The translations under genes and the position numbers were made by a program. The notes below the pieces were generated by a model. The model was not told the origin of the DNA and did no database searches. It saw only the letters and a program-made list of their open reading frames with translations. 63,866 nt of DNA from a virus (lineage: Duplodnaviria; Caudoviricetes): IMG/VR virus record IMGVR_UViG_3300037421_000079, positions 1-63,866 of that record; one strand, given 5' to 3'. Positions 9,210 to 17,528 of the stretch are shown piece by piece; the stretch's first letter is position 1, and each line of letters begins with the position of its first letter.

Positions 9210-9593
9210 CTATGGCCCGCCTTGTTGGCGGGCTTTTTCTTTTTGCCGTCGGATAGGTGTCAGTTTGCGCGCGCTCTCGGATCGCGTTGGCCCGCGCTCG
9301 ACTCGTTCGCGCGTTATGGCTAGGTCGCGCTCGGCGCGCTCGGCGAGTTGCTGGCGTACGGTGTCGATCGCCCATTGAGGTGGTTCGCGCCGGCCGGTTA
9401 GCCAATTGTAGACGGTTGTGCGGTGGGCTCGATTGCCGAGTAGCGCGGCGATCTTGTTGGCGTGCAGCGTGCCGAGTAGTGATTGGAGTGCGCGCCGGAA
9501 GTGCAGCGTTGCATCCGTAGCGTTGAGGATTTCGATGGCATCGGAGCGCGCAATTGTCTCGCGCCCGCCCGCCTCTCGTGGCGCCTGGTACAT
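9210..9593 (-). CDS. HTH-like DNA-binding protein
   Basis: IAALLG...RTTVYNWLTGRREPP. Confidence 0.55.
   Translation of the reverse strand: MYQAPREAGGRETIARSDAIEILNATDATLHFRRALQSLLGTLHANKIAALLGNRAHRTTVYNWLTGRREPPQWAIDTVRQQLAERAERDLAITRERVERGPTRSESARKLTPIRRQKEKARQQGGP
9214..9244 (+). terminator. Rho-independent terminator
   Basis: GCCCGCC-ttgtt-GGCGGGC followed by a T-run. Confidence 0.8.
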
Positions 9594-10001
9594 GGGCCGA
9601 CAATCTACCGGCCGGCGCCGCTCGGCGCACCCCTGCTCGAGCGCCAGCTCGGCGCCGCGACTTGGTTTCCCTAACCCTTTCAGTGCTCGGTAACGGTCTT
9701 ACAAGGCCGTTACTAAACCTAATAAAATCAATGGTGATTTTGGTGATTGGTAGAAAAATACCACACTCCAATATGGGATTGGCGCTCGGCTCGACCGGGC
9801 ATGCGTCGGTTTGTCACACCCCTCTAACCAGCGTTCATGCCGTGAACGCGACCGGTCGTCGGGTTCTTGCGAGTATAATTAAAAGTCACACCACTCAGTT
9901 GCTCCCCCAAAAAATCCCAAAAACGCCCCCACCTCTGCGTGCATTATATTTTTCTTCCCAAGCCTGGCCTCCGCGCTCCCGATGCACTACAGTCCTCAAT
10001 C

Positions 10002-10619
10002 ATGATCGCCGCCCTGTTCGTCGAGACTGATGGTGTCTACTTCGGCCTGCCGCACGTCGAGCCCTACGACGCGACCAGGGACGCGCGCACCTACGCCGGC
10101 CCCTGGCGTGTAGTCGCGCATCCGCCGTGCGAACGGTGGGGCAGGTTCTGGCACGGCTCGACGCGCAAGCCGCACCAATTCAAGCTCGGCGATGACGGCG
10201 GCGCGTTCGCCGCAGCTCTGCGGGCTGTGCGCGATTTCGGCGGCGTGCTCGAACACCCGGCCGACAGTCACGCGTGGCGCGCGTTCAACCTGCACGCTCC
10301 GCCGCGCACGGGCGGCTGGATCACCGCGGACCTACATGGCGGGCGCACCTGTTGCGTCGAACAAGGTCACTACGGCCACATGAGTCGCAAGGCGACGTGG
10401 CTGTACGCCTGTGGCGTTGCACTTCCCGAACTGATCTGGGGCCGGTGCGAGCAGAGGCTTCATCCGGTCGCGCTCGCCCGCCACGGATACGCGAAAGCCA
10501 GGCGCATCGGCATGATGGCGATGGTGGGTGGGAAGGACAAGAAGCGCATCCGCAACACCACTCCGATCCAGTTTCGCGATCTGCTGATTTCCCTGGTTGA
10601 CTCTCCCCCTCCTGCGTAG
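10002..10619 (+). CDS. Divergent C5-cytosine methyltransferase-like protein
   Basis: AHPPC (motif IV-like), VLEHP (VI-like), QGHYGH..RKAT (VIII-like); no FxGxG motif I. Confidence 0.6.
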   Translation: MIAALFVETDGVYFGLPHVEPYDATRDARTYAGPWRVVAHPPCERWGRFWHGSTRKPHQFKLGDDGGAFAAALRAVRDFGGVLEHPADSHAWRAFNLHAPPRTGGWITADLHGGRTCCVEQGHYGHMSRKATWLYACGVALPELIWGRCEQRLHPVALARHGYAKARRIGMMAMVGGKDKKRIRNTTPIQFRDLLISLVDSPPPA

Positions 10620-10632
10620 TACGCTCGACTAC

Positions 10633-11190
10633 ATGTCGATCGACGTGGAAAACTGCAATCGCGCCTTCCCGAAATACCCGGTGACCGTCTCAGACAAGGG
10701 GTGGGTCTACGGCGTGTGGTACTGCGGCACGAGCTGGGACAAGGTTCGCCTGCACGGGCAGTACCCGCCGACATTTCTCAAGCGCGCCCTGTCGCTGTTC
10801 CCGAACGAGCGCGCGGTGCTTCAGTGCCCTAGTGGGACCGTCACGACTCCCGGCTTGTGCGTCGATGCGGTCAGAGACGAGGTTCGCAAGCCCCACGTCA
10901 TCGCCGACGCTGCGGCGCTCCCGCTCCCCGATAATTGCTGCGATCTCATCCTGAGCGACCCGCCGTATACGCCTGCCGACTCGGCAAAGTACGGCTGCGC
11001 GCCGTTTCCCTTAGTTGGGTTCATGCGCGAGGCGCATCGGCTGCTCAGGCCGGGCAAGTACCTCGGCGTGCTGCACACGTACTACCCGCCTTACCGGCGG
11101 AAGAACTGGCGTCTGAGAGGACTGATCGCCGTAGTGACTGGGTTCCAGCGGGCGACCCGCATGTTCTCGATATTCGAGGTGGTGAAGTGA
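10633..11190 (+). CDS. Amino (N6A/N4C) DNA methyltransferase-like protein
   Basis: DLILSDPPY; HRLLRPG. Confidence 0.75.
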   Translation: MSIDVENCNRAFPKYPVTVSDKGWVYGVWYCGTSWDKVRLHGQYPPTFLKRALSLFPNERAVLQCPSGTVTTPGLCVDAVRDEVRKPHVIADAAALPLPDNCCDLILSDPPYTPADSAKYGCAPFPLVGFMREAHRLLRPGKYLGVLHTYYPPYRRKNWRLRGLIAVVTGFQRATRMFSIFEVVK

Positions 11191-11435
11191 TCCGCCTCCG
11201 CCTTCCCGCCATCCTCGGCTTCAGCCTGATGGCCATGTACCTCTCTGGTTTCTGGCTTTGGACCGGCCACTCGGCCATATGGGCTCGATCGCCGGCACCG
11301 TCCTGGAGTTCGTCCTCTTCCTGCTGCTGGGCTGGCGCGTGTACGGCGCCCCGGTGCACGAGTAATTTAAGCGGTCTGAAATTTTTCTTCGGACCCCCCT
11401 TGCTTTCTGTGGGGCCGTAGTGCTATGTAGTCCCC

Positions 11436-11564
11436 GTCCCGGCGAAGACCCCCCATCCGGCCGGGACAGCCCGGTCGTCCAGCCGCGGGCGGCCAAGCCG
11501 GCGACCCTTTCGCACCTCCCTTTCCCGAGTGGGGTCGCCGGCTTTTCTCCTGCCTCTTGGCAGG
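11436..11564 (+). promoter_or_regulatory. Structured 5' leader / possible attenuator or sRNA
   Basis: Stems 11436-43/11460-67; 13-bp stem 11495-507/11532-44 followed by TTCT; stem 11549-64. Confidence 0.45.
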
Positions 11565-11579
11565 CGCAAAGGAGTCTCC

Positions 11580-11801
11580 ATGCACCCCTCGACGTACGAA
11601 TTTCTCAAGCCGACCGAGGCCCAGATCGAGCAGCTGGCCGCCGTCCGCAAGGCTGCCAAACAGTACAACGACGTGCTCGACCAAGTGCTGCCGGAAGGCC
11701 CCGACAAGACCTTCGTGATTCGCAACCACCGCTCCAACGCCATGTGGGCCAACGTCGCGATCACGCGCCTGCCGGACGGGACGCCGCGGCAAGACGCCTG
11801 A
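11580..11801 (+). CDS. Acb2/Tad1-hairpin-like small protein (candidate anti-defence sponge)
   Basis: KPTEAQIEQL..VR..AK...LPEGPDKT..IR....AMWANVAITR; AAGGAG RBS. Confidence 0.5.
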   Translation: MHPSTYEFLKPTEAQIEQLAAVRKAAKQYNDVLDQVLPEGPDKTFVIRNHRSNAMWANVAITRLPDGTPRQDA

Positions 11802-11998
11802 TGGCCGACGAAATCCAGCCCACCAGCATCCGCCTCCCGGTCGACCTCAAGCAGGAGCTTGAGCGGGCGGCTGTTGCCGAGCAGCGCACCACCAGCTGGC
11901 TCATCGTTGAAATCTGCCGCATGTGGCTCAAGTGGCGCGAGCAGAACCGGGACGCGAAGTTGGGGTCGGAGACGGAGATCAAGAGGGCGAAGAAGTGA
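11801..11998 (+). CDS. Ribbon-helix-helix (Arc/CopG-like) regulator
   Basis: TSIRLPVDLKQELERAAVAEQRTTSWLI. Confidence 0.8.
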   Translation: MADEIQPTSIRLPVDLKQELERAAVAEQRTTSWLIVEICRMWLKWREQNRDAKLGSETEIKRAKK

Positions 11999-12450
11999 GC
12001 AAGCAGAAGTCTGATCAGTGCGACGAGGGCGTCATCGTCAGGCAGTTGCAGGAGCGCGTCACGGCGCTCGTCGAGGAGTGCAGGCACAAGGCGGCGCGCT
12101 GTGACGAGCTGTACGCCGCGACGCAGAAGCTGGGCGCGAGCGAGAAGGAAGCGCGCGCGCAGTTCGCCGACCTCAAGCAGCGCCTGCAAGCGGCCGAGAC
12201 CTCCAACCAGTTCATGCGCGGCTACCTGGCGCGCGTCCAGGAGGACGACGCGGTGCGCGAGGAGTTGGTCGTGATTGGCGAGCCAGGCGGCGAGCAGCTG
12301 GCGCCGAAGCGCGAGCCCGCGCAGTTCTTGCGCCCTGATGATTTCATGGCGCCCGATCAAGATCGAAGCCATGGGCTAATGGGCTACGAGGACCATGGCT
12401 GCCTGCGCGCCAAGCGGCGACCGCGTAAAAAGGCGCGGAGGCGCAAGTGA
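11995..12450 (+). CDS. Coiled-coil hypothetical protein
   Basis: GTGA coupling; heptad-like helix. Confidence 0.6.
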   Translation: MSKQKSDQCDEGVIVRQLQERVTALVEECRHKAARCDELYAATQKLGASEKEARAQFADLKQRLQAAETSNQFMRGYLARVQEDDAVREELVVIGEPGGEQLAPKREPAQFLRPDDFMAPDQDRSHGLMGYEDHGCLRAKRRPRKKARRRK

Positions 12451-13481
12451 AAGTCGCTCTCGTCACCACGACCATCCACGTCCCGGCGGTTCTCGCCCTC
12501 TACCGGCGCCTCGACCCGTCGGTCGAGTTTTTCGTCGCCAAAGACCTCAAGACTCCCACTGGCGCCATCGGGTTTTGCGCGGGCCTGCCCAACTGCCACG
12601 TCATCGAGGGAGACGAGTGGGCGTGTTCCGAGCTGATCGGATGGAATACCTGCGGTCGCCGTAACATCGCCTTCCTCGAAGCCCTGAAGTGGGGCGCTGA
12701 TGTGGTCGTCACGGTGAATGATGACGACCTCCCAATCGACGAAGATTACTTCCGCAATTTTAGAGCGATATGGGACCCGACGTTGATATTTCACCGCTGC
12801 CCGTTTAACGGCATCGAGGTCTCTTCCCAGACCGGTTGGTTCGACCCCGGTTCTCTCCTGATCCCGTCCGCGCGCCACCGTGGCTTTCCCATCACGCACC
12901 AGTCGTCTCTTCACTGCGCCCCCGTCATCGACGCCAAGGTCGGGGTGGCGGTCGGTCTTCTCGTCGGCATGCCGGACGTGGACGCCACCACCCGGATCGA
13001 GAACCCTGGCCTGCGCGTCCACCAGACCAGCAAGCTCCTCGACGCTGGCGTGGTCGTGGCCCCGTCTACCCGCACCGTCTTTAACAGCGAGAACACTGCC
13101 CTGCTGCGCGAGTTCGTTCCCGCCTTCTTTCACATGCCGGGTGTCGGTCGCCACGACGACATCCTCGCCTCCCTAGTGGTCCAGCGGGTGATGCGCGACC
13201 GCGGCTATCGCGTACACCTGGGGCAGCCGTACTGTTGGCAGGAGCGCAATCCCCATTCCTTGCTGGTCGACCTCAAGTCGGAAATCTTCGGCATGGAGCG
13301 CACGGTCGAGTTTGCCGACTGGCTTGACGCCCAGATCGCCTACCAGGGTGGCACAGTGCTCGGGGATGTTCGCATTATTTATCAGGCGATGCGCGACGAA
13401 CTTACGTGGATGCCCGAGATTGCCTGGCGGGCAGGTCTCGCATTTTTGGACGATTGCGAGAGGATCGAGAGGATGCTGTGA
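12447..13481 (+). CDS. RGP/STELLO-like (GT75/DUF288-like) glycosyltransferase or NDP-sugar mutase
   Basis: VTTTI, RRNIAFL, NDDD, RGFP, PDVDA, FNSENT, RHDDI motifs. Confidence 0.75.
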   Translation: MKVALVTTTIHVPAVLALYRRLDPSVEFFVAKDLKTPTGAIGFCAGLPNCHVIEGDEWACSELIGWNTCGRRNIAFLEALKWGADVVVTVNDDDLPIDEDYFRNFRAIWDPTLIFHRCPFNGIEVSSQTGWFDPGSLLIPSARHRGFPITHQSSLHCAPVIDAKVGVAVGLLVGMPDVDATTRIENPGLRVHQTSKLLDAGVVVAPSTRTVFNSENTALLREFVPAFFHMPGVGRHDDILASLVVQRVMRDRGYRVHLGQPYCWQERNPHSLLVDLKSEIFGMERTVEFADWLDAQIAYQGGTVLGDVRIIYQAMRDELTWMPEIAWRAGLAFLDDCERIERML

Positions 13482-13636
13482 AAGTGACTTTGCGGTCGGA
13501 TAACCAGCCGGATGTTTTTATTGAAGCTGACGAACCTGTCAGCTTGAACCGCTTAGAGCAGCATATTCGCACTCTTGTGGTTGCGCGAAATTGGCTGAAG
13601 AAAGAGTTGTCGCGGCGGACAGCGGCACCGAAATGA
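13478..13636 (+). CDS. Small hypothetical protein
   Basis: Coupled at both ends. Confidence 0.5.
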   Translation: MKVTLRSDNQPDVFIEADEPVSLNRLEQHIRTLVVARNWLKKELSRRTAAPK

Positions 13637-13965
13637 CCTGGAAAGTACACCTTCAGGACATGTTGCGCTGGGGTGCTCCTGGTTATCGCATGTACGTCAT
13701 GCGGGAGGAGCATGATCAGAGACTCACGATGCTGACCAACCCGATACTGCACTCGCACGAGCGCAACGAGTTTATCCCCGACACCGAGTTCTTCATGAGT
13801 GACGAGTTGCCGGGCGTCAGCGTGAAGAATTTTCTTCAGGCGATGTCCGACGCGGCTTGGGAGATCGGCATCCGGCCGAAGCAATTGGAGGATCACACCA
13901 ATGAATTGAAGGCGACGCGCTACCACCTTGAGGACATGCGCGTGCTCGCGAAGGTCAAGACGTGA
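13633..13965 (+). CDS. Hypothetical protein
   Basis: Coupled ORF; ELKATRYHLEDMR. Confidence 0.65.
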   Translation: MTWKVHLQDMLRWGAPGYRMYVMREEHDQRLTMLTNPILHSHERNEFIPDTEFFMSDELPGVSVKNFLQAMSDAAWEIGIRPKQLEDHTNELKATRYHLEDMRVLAKVKT

Positions 13966-15230
13966 GCAAGATCGCCATCTCGTTCATGTGCAAGGACCTC
14001 GTGGAGCAGTCCGCCCGTTCCCTGCCTCCCCTGACTGAGACTCGCGGCATCGACGTTTTCATCATTGACGGCTCAAAGACCCAGGAGGGCCACGATTGCT
14101 ACAAGGCCCTGCTGAAGACCGGCAACGTGACAGAGGTGCACCAGCACATCGGCGGTGGTCCCGACGCCGCGGCAGCCTATGCCTTTACGATGATGCTCAA
14201 CCATCCGAATAAGTACGACTTCGTGGGTCTGTACGAGCAGGATGTGCTTCTTGAATCTGACTGGCTCAATCGCACCATGGAGCTGTTCGAGATCGGCCGG
14301 CGTGACGGCCTGGAAGTCGGAATGGTCAGCGCTCGTTGCTACGAGGATCGCATTCTCTGTCAGCGCGACGGTTACGCCTTGGCTCATAATACCGGCTACG
14401 GAATGACGATCTACACGCGAGAAGCTGCGCGAATTTGGCTTCGCAACAAGCGCACCGGTTGGACAACAGAAAATCGCCGGCTATTCGCCCAACTCGTGGA
14501 TCGAGATATTGGGGCTTGGTGGGCTTTCCGTTATGGCGAACACCATCTTGGCAGTGACTGGTCGGCCGATCGTGTCATTGCCGCCCACGGCCTCGCCAGC
14601 CTCGCCCTCACCCCGACCGCCTGCACGGACATGCTCGATAACGACCTCGCCTACCAGCAACTGACCCTCGCTCGCCACCCCGTCGAGGCCCTGCGCGACG
14701 ACATCGGCTTCGCCAAGTTCGTCGAGCGCACCCGCATGATCCGGTCAGGCGAGTGGAGCCCCGGCCACCCTGGCGCCCGCCAGCACGCCCCGGACGGCCA
14801 CGAGGTGATCTTCCCGCACCACTGTGGCGGCCTGGGGGCCGCTTACTCCGGGCGCTGGCGCCTCAAGGCTAGCATCGGGTGGGGGCCGTTCCTGTGGGAG
14901 GCCGCGGAGCCGGGCGCCACTGTGGTGCTGTCGCTGCTCGGTTCCTGCCAGATCATGGTGACGCGCCCTGACGCGAGCGCCGGCATGGTGGAGATCGAGG
15001 CGCCTGGCGATGGCTACGGCCGCGCGGGCGTCTTCTGGCAGAACACGCTGGCGGCCACGCCTACCTGCGACATCCAGGCGATCGAGCTGAAGGGGGACTG
15101 CCAGTTCAGGCCCGTCCGGTTCACCGCCTTGACCGAGGGGGTGCGGTTTTGCGGTGTGCGCTGTCGAGATCGGCAGCCCGTGGTCGAGACCTATTCGTTC
15201 GATCATTCGATCTTGCCTCCAGTGCAATGA
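13962..15230 (+). CDS. GT-A fold (GT2-like) glycosyltransferase with C-terminal beta domain
   Basis: IIDGS, YDFVGLYEQDVLL (DxD-like), GSDW. Confidence 0.65.
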   Translation: MSKIAISFMCKDLVEQSARSLPPLTETRGIDVFIIDGSKTQEGHDCYKALLKTGNVTEVHQHIGGGPDAAAAYAFTMMLNHPNKYDFVGLYEQDVLLESDWLNRTMELFEIGRRDGLEVGMVSARCYEDRILCQRDGYALAHNTGYGMTIYTREAARIWLRNKRTGWTTENRRLFAQLVDRDIGAWWAFRYGEHHLGSDWSADRVIAAHGLASLALTPTACTDMLDNDLAYQQLTLARHPVEALRDDIGFAKFVERTRMIRSGEWSPGHPGARQHAPDGHEVIFPHHCGGLGAAYSGRWRLKASIGWGPFLWEAAEPGATVVLSLLGSCQIMVTRPDASAGMVEIEAPGDGYGRAGVFWQNTLAATPTCDIQAIELKGDCQFRPVRFTALTEGVRFCGVRCRDRQPVVETYSFDHSILPPVQ

Positions 15231-15258
15231 CGGTGATTATCAAACACCGGGACAAGAC

Positions 15259-15435
15259 ATGAGCGAAATAAGCCTGCGTCCGACAGCTACCGACGATTGG
15301 GAATTGTGCTTACAGGAAGGCGATCGTCTTGCTGTTCATCGAATCACATTAGACCAAATGGTGTTTCTCGCAGAGTGCAGCACTAGAATCGTATTGCAAA
15401 AGTTCGCGGGGCTCCGTAGGCCGGGCAAGGAGTGA
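15259..15435 (+). CDS. Small hypothetical protein
   Basis: 58-aa ORF in operon. Confidence 0.45.
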   Translation: MSEISLRPTATDDWELCLQEGDRLAVHRITLDQMVFLAECSTRIVLQKFAGLRRPGKE

Positions 15436-15441
15436 TCGAAA

Positions 15442-15702
15442 ATGGGCCAATATCAATACGAGGATGATGAGTTGCGATCTGGCCCAGGTATTGGCGGGAA
15501 ATACGTGCAGGCAAGGATTCCCAATCCGCGCCCATGGACTATTTATCGGAACAGGCGCGGATAGCCGTGCTGGTATCAGCGGTGGTTTGAAGCTTGGTGG
15601 ATACTGACGGGCAAGTGGTCGCTTCATCGCGTATGGCAAGCGGGCCATGACCACGGAACGCAGATGGAATATCACCGAACTGTCGTAAATCACGGGCGGT
15701 GA
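15442..15702 (+). pseudogene. Small ORF interrupted by an in-frame TAG at 15562-15564
   Basis: AAGGAG RBS; frame stays open for 45 more codons after the TAG. Confidence 0.5.
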
Positions 15703-15746
15703 CGATGACTGACTGTACGGCGACGTGACGATCAGGGAGAGAAATT

Positions 15747-16271
15747 GTGGCAAATGTCGATAGCGCCGATCTGGTGTTCCAAAAGTGGATGTTCCCGCTG
15801 CCAATGCAGCAACAGTCCGTTTTGGTTCTCGCGTGTCGCGGCCCGGATGGCGTCGGCAAGTTCCATCCGACGAAGGAGATCGTTTGTCGCTACCGCGCCA
15901 CTGTTCTTAAGGCCGCCTATCTTGGGCGCCCAATGGGCATAGACGAGGGCGACGACACTACGTTCATGACGTTGCTTCAATTCAGCGACGCCGCACACTG
16001 GCACTCGATCGTTCGGGTTTTCTTTGACCACGTCGATGAGATCGAGCATCACTATTTCATGCACCTTGCGCACGGCGCGGAGATCATCGGCTACAAGCAC
16101 CCTGGCGAGTTGTTCCGCCGTCGCTGGCTTTCGTTCTATCTCGCCTGTTGCCACAATCTGCATATGTTTCCTGAGACTGAGGCGGACCTTGATGCACGCC
16201 TTGCCGACTGGAATCGGGAACACTGGGATTGGCTCAAGATCGGTAAGTCGGCGTCCGCTGACGGTGAGTGA
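15747..16271 (+). CDS. Conserved phage hypothetical protein
   Basis: GGGAGAG RBS; QQSVL..ACRGPDG...HYFMHLAHGAEIIGYKHP. Confidence 0.75.
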   Translation: MANVDSADLVFQKWMFPLPMQQQSVLVLACRGPDGVGKFHPTKEIVCRYRATVLKAAYLGRPMGIDEGDDTTFMTLLQFSDAAHWHSIVRVFFDHVDEIEHHYFMHLAHGAEIIGYKHPGELFRRRWLSFYLACCHNLHMFPETEADLDARLADWNREHWDWLKIGKSASADGE

Positions 16272-16286
16272 GCGTGAGATGGTTTG

Positions 16287-16739
16287 ATGGACGACTACGG
16301 CCACGACATCCCGACCGTCGCGACCCAGACCGGTCGCCGCTACCTGCCGACCTTTGCGGACCTCGTCGACCGCATGAGCATCGTGCAGCTCAAGATGATC
16401 TTCATCCCGAAGAACCGGGAGGCGTACGCGCGGGAATTGGCTGCCATCCAGCACGATATCGACCTGCTTGTTGCCGGCCGGCCGCTGAGCGCCAAGGCGG
16501 TACACGCCATCACGGTCGTCATGCTGGCGAACCGGTACATCTGGGAGAACGAGGCGCGGGCGAGGCTCGGGAGCGACGAGCAGAATCACCTGCTGCGAGC
16601 GACGCACGCGATCAACGGTGTTCGGAACCAAGCCAAGAACGTGCTGTCGCGCGAGCTGGGCGAGCGGGTAGACCTGAAGGTCGACTGCTTGGCGGCGGAT
16701 TTGCCGGCCGATATGGGAAACTGGAGGATTTGGGAATGA
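16287..16739 (+). CDS. Helical protein (DUF4254/DUF6165-like)
   Basis: DLVDRMSIVQLK...NRYIWENE...NGVRN. Confidence 0.55.
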   Translation: MDDYGHDIPTVATQTGRRYLPTFADLVDRMSIVQLKMIFIPKNREAYARELAAIQHDIDLLVAGRPLSAKAVHAITVVMLANRYIWENEARARLGSDEQNHLLRATHAINGVRNQAKNVLSRELGERVDLKVDCLAADLPADMGNWRIWE

Positions 16740-17152
16740 GCAAGCCAATTCTTTGCTTGGACTTCGACGGCGTTCTGAACAGCTACAAGAGCGGTTGGGT
16801 CGAACACGATTTCATTCCTGACCCGCCTGTGCCGGGCGCCATGCAGTTTCTCGCGGGAGCGATCGAGCACTTCGACGTGAAGATTTACTCGTCGCGCTCG
16901 GCCAAGAAATATGACGGCGGCAAGCGTGCGATGCTCACGTGGATACGCTACTGGGCCGAGCGGGAACTGCCCAACGACGAGCCGAACTATGTGCGCAACT
17001 CGGTGCTCAACGCCATATGTTACAATGGCGAGGCGTGGCCGGACGAGAAGCCCACGGCGTTCTTGACGATCGACGATCGCGCGCTGACGTTCGACGGGAC
17101 GTGGCCCGACATCGAGACCCTCAAGGCGTTCCGGCCCTGGAACAAGAAGTAG
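16736..17152 (+). CDS. HAD-superfamily phosphatase
   Basis: LCLDFDGVL, YSSR, KP, IDDRA. Confidence 0.85.
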   Translation: MSKPILCLDFDGVLNSYKSGWVEHDFIPDPPVPGAMQFLAGAIEHFDVKIYSSRSAKKYDGGKRAMLTWIRYWAERELPNDEPNYVRNSVLNAICYNGEAWPDEKPTAFLTIDDRALTFDGTWPDIETLKAFRPWNKK

Positions 17153-17191
17153 TTGCCTTTCGGCCTGTTCAGCGATTAGGAGAGTTGTTTC

Positions 17192-17488
17192 ATGGGAACC
17201 AGCTATTTTTCGTCGGCACGAGAGCGTAAAGATTACATGGCTGAAATGGCTAAACAGGCGGATGCGAGAAATGCTAAAGAAGCAGCGCGCATCAAGGACG
17301 AGCGTGACAAGCTCGCGGCAAAAATCGTCATGGCCGTGGTGGACAAGATCGTGAAGGACATCATCCGCCCTGGCCCAGACCCAGAGGAACGCGAGTGTTA
17401 CGAAATGGCTGGAGAGGTTCGCGCGATCGTCCCGGACCTCGAAAAGCTCGCCAAGCGCATCATCGACGCGAACGACGGCGTCGAATAA
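17192..17488 (+). CDS. Hypothetical protein
   Basis: AGGAGAG RBS. Confidence 0.55.
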   Translation: MGTSYFSSARERKDYMAEMAKQADARNAKEAARIKDERDKLAAKIVMAVVDKIVKDIIRPGPDPEERECYEMAGEVRAIVPDLEKLAKRIIDANDGVE

Positions 17489-17528
17489 GCCGCGTTGATT
17501 TCGCCCGCAATCCGGGTATGCTGCCAGC

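Noticed and set aside
11187-11366. Possible frameshifted small membrane gene
   Set aside because: Two overlapping hydrophobic frames; the real frame cannot be decided without homologues.
15562-15564. Genome-wide TAG recoding
   Set aside because: TAG ends several well-defined genes (portal, HAD phosphatase) and the core genes are uninterrupted.
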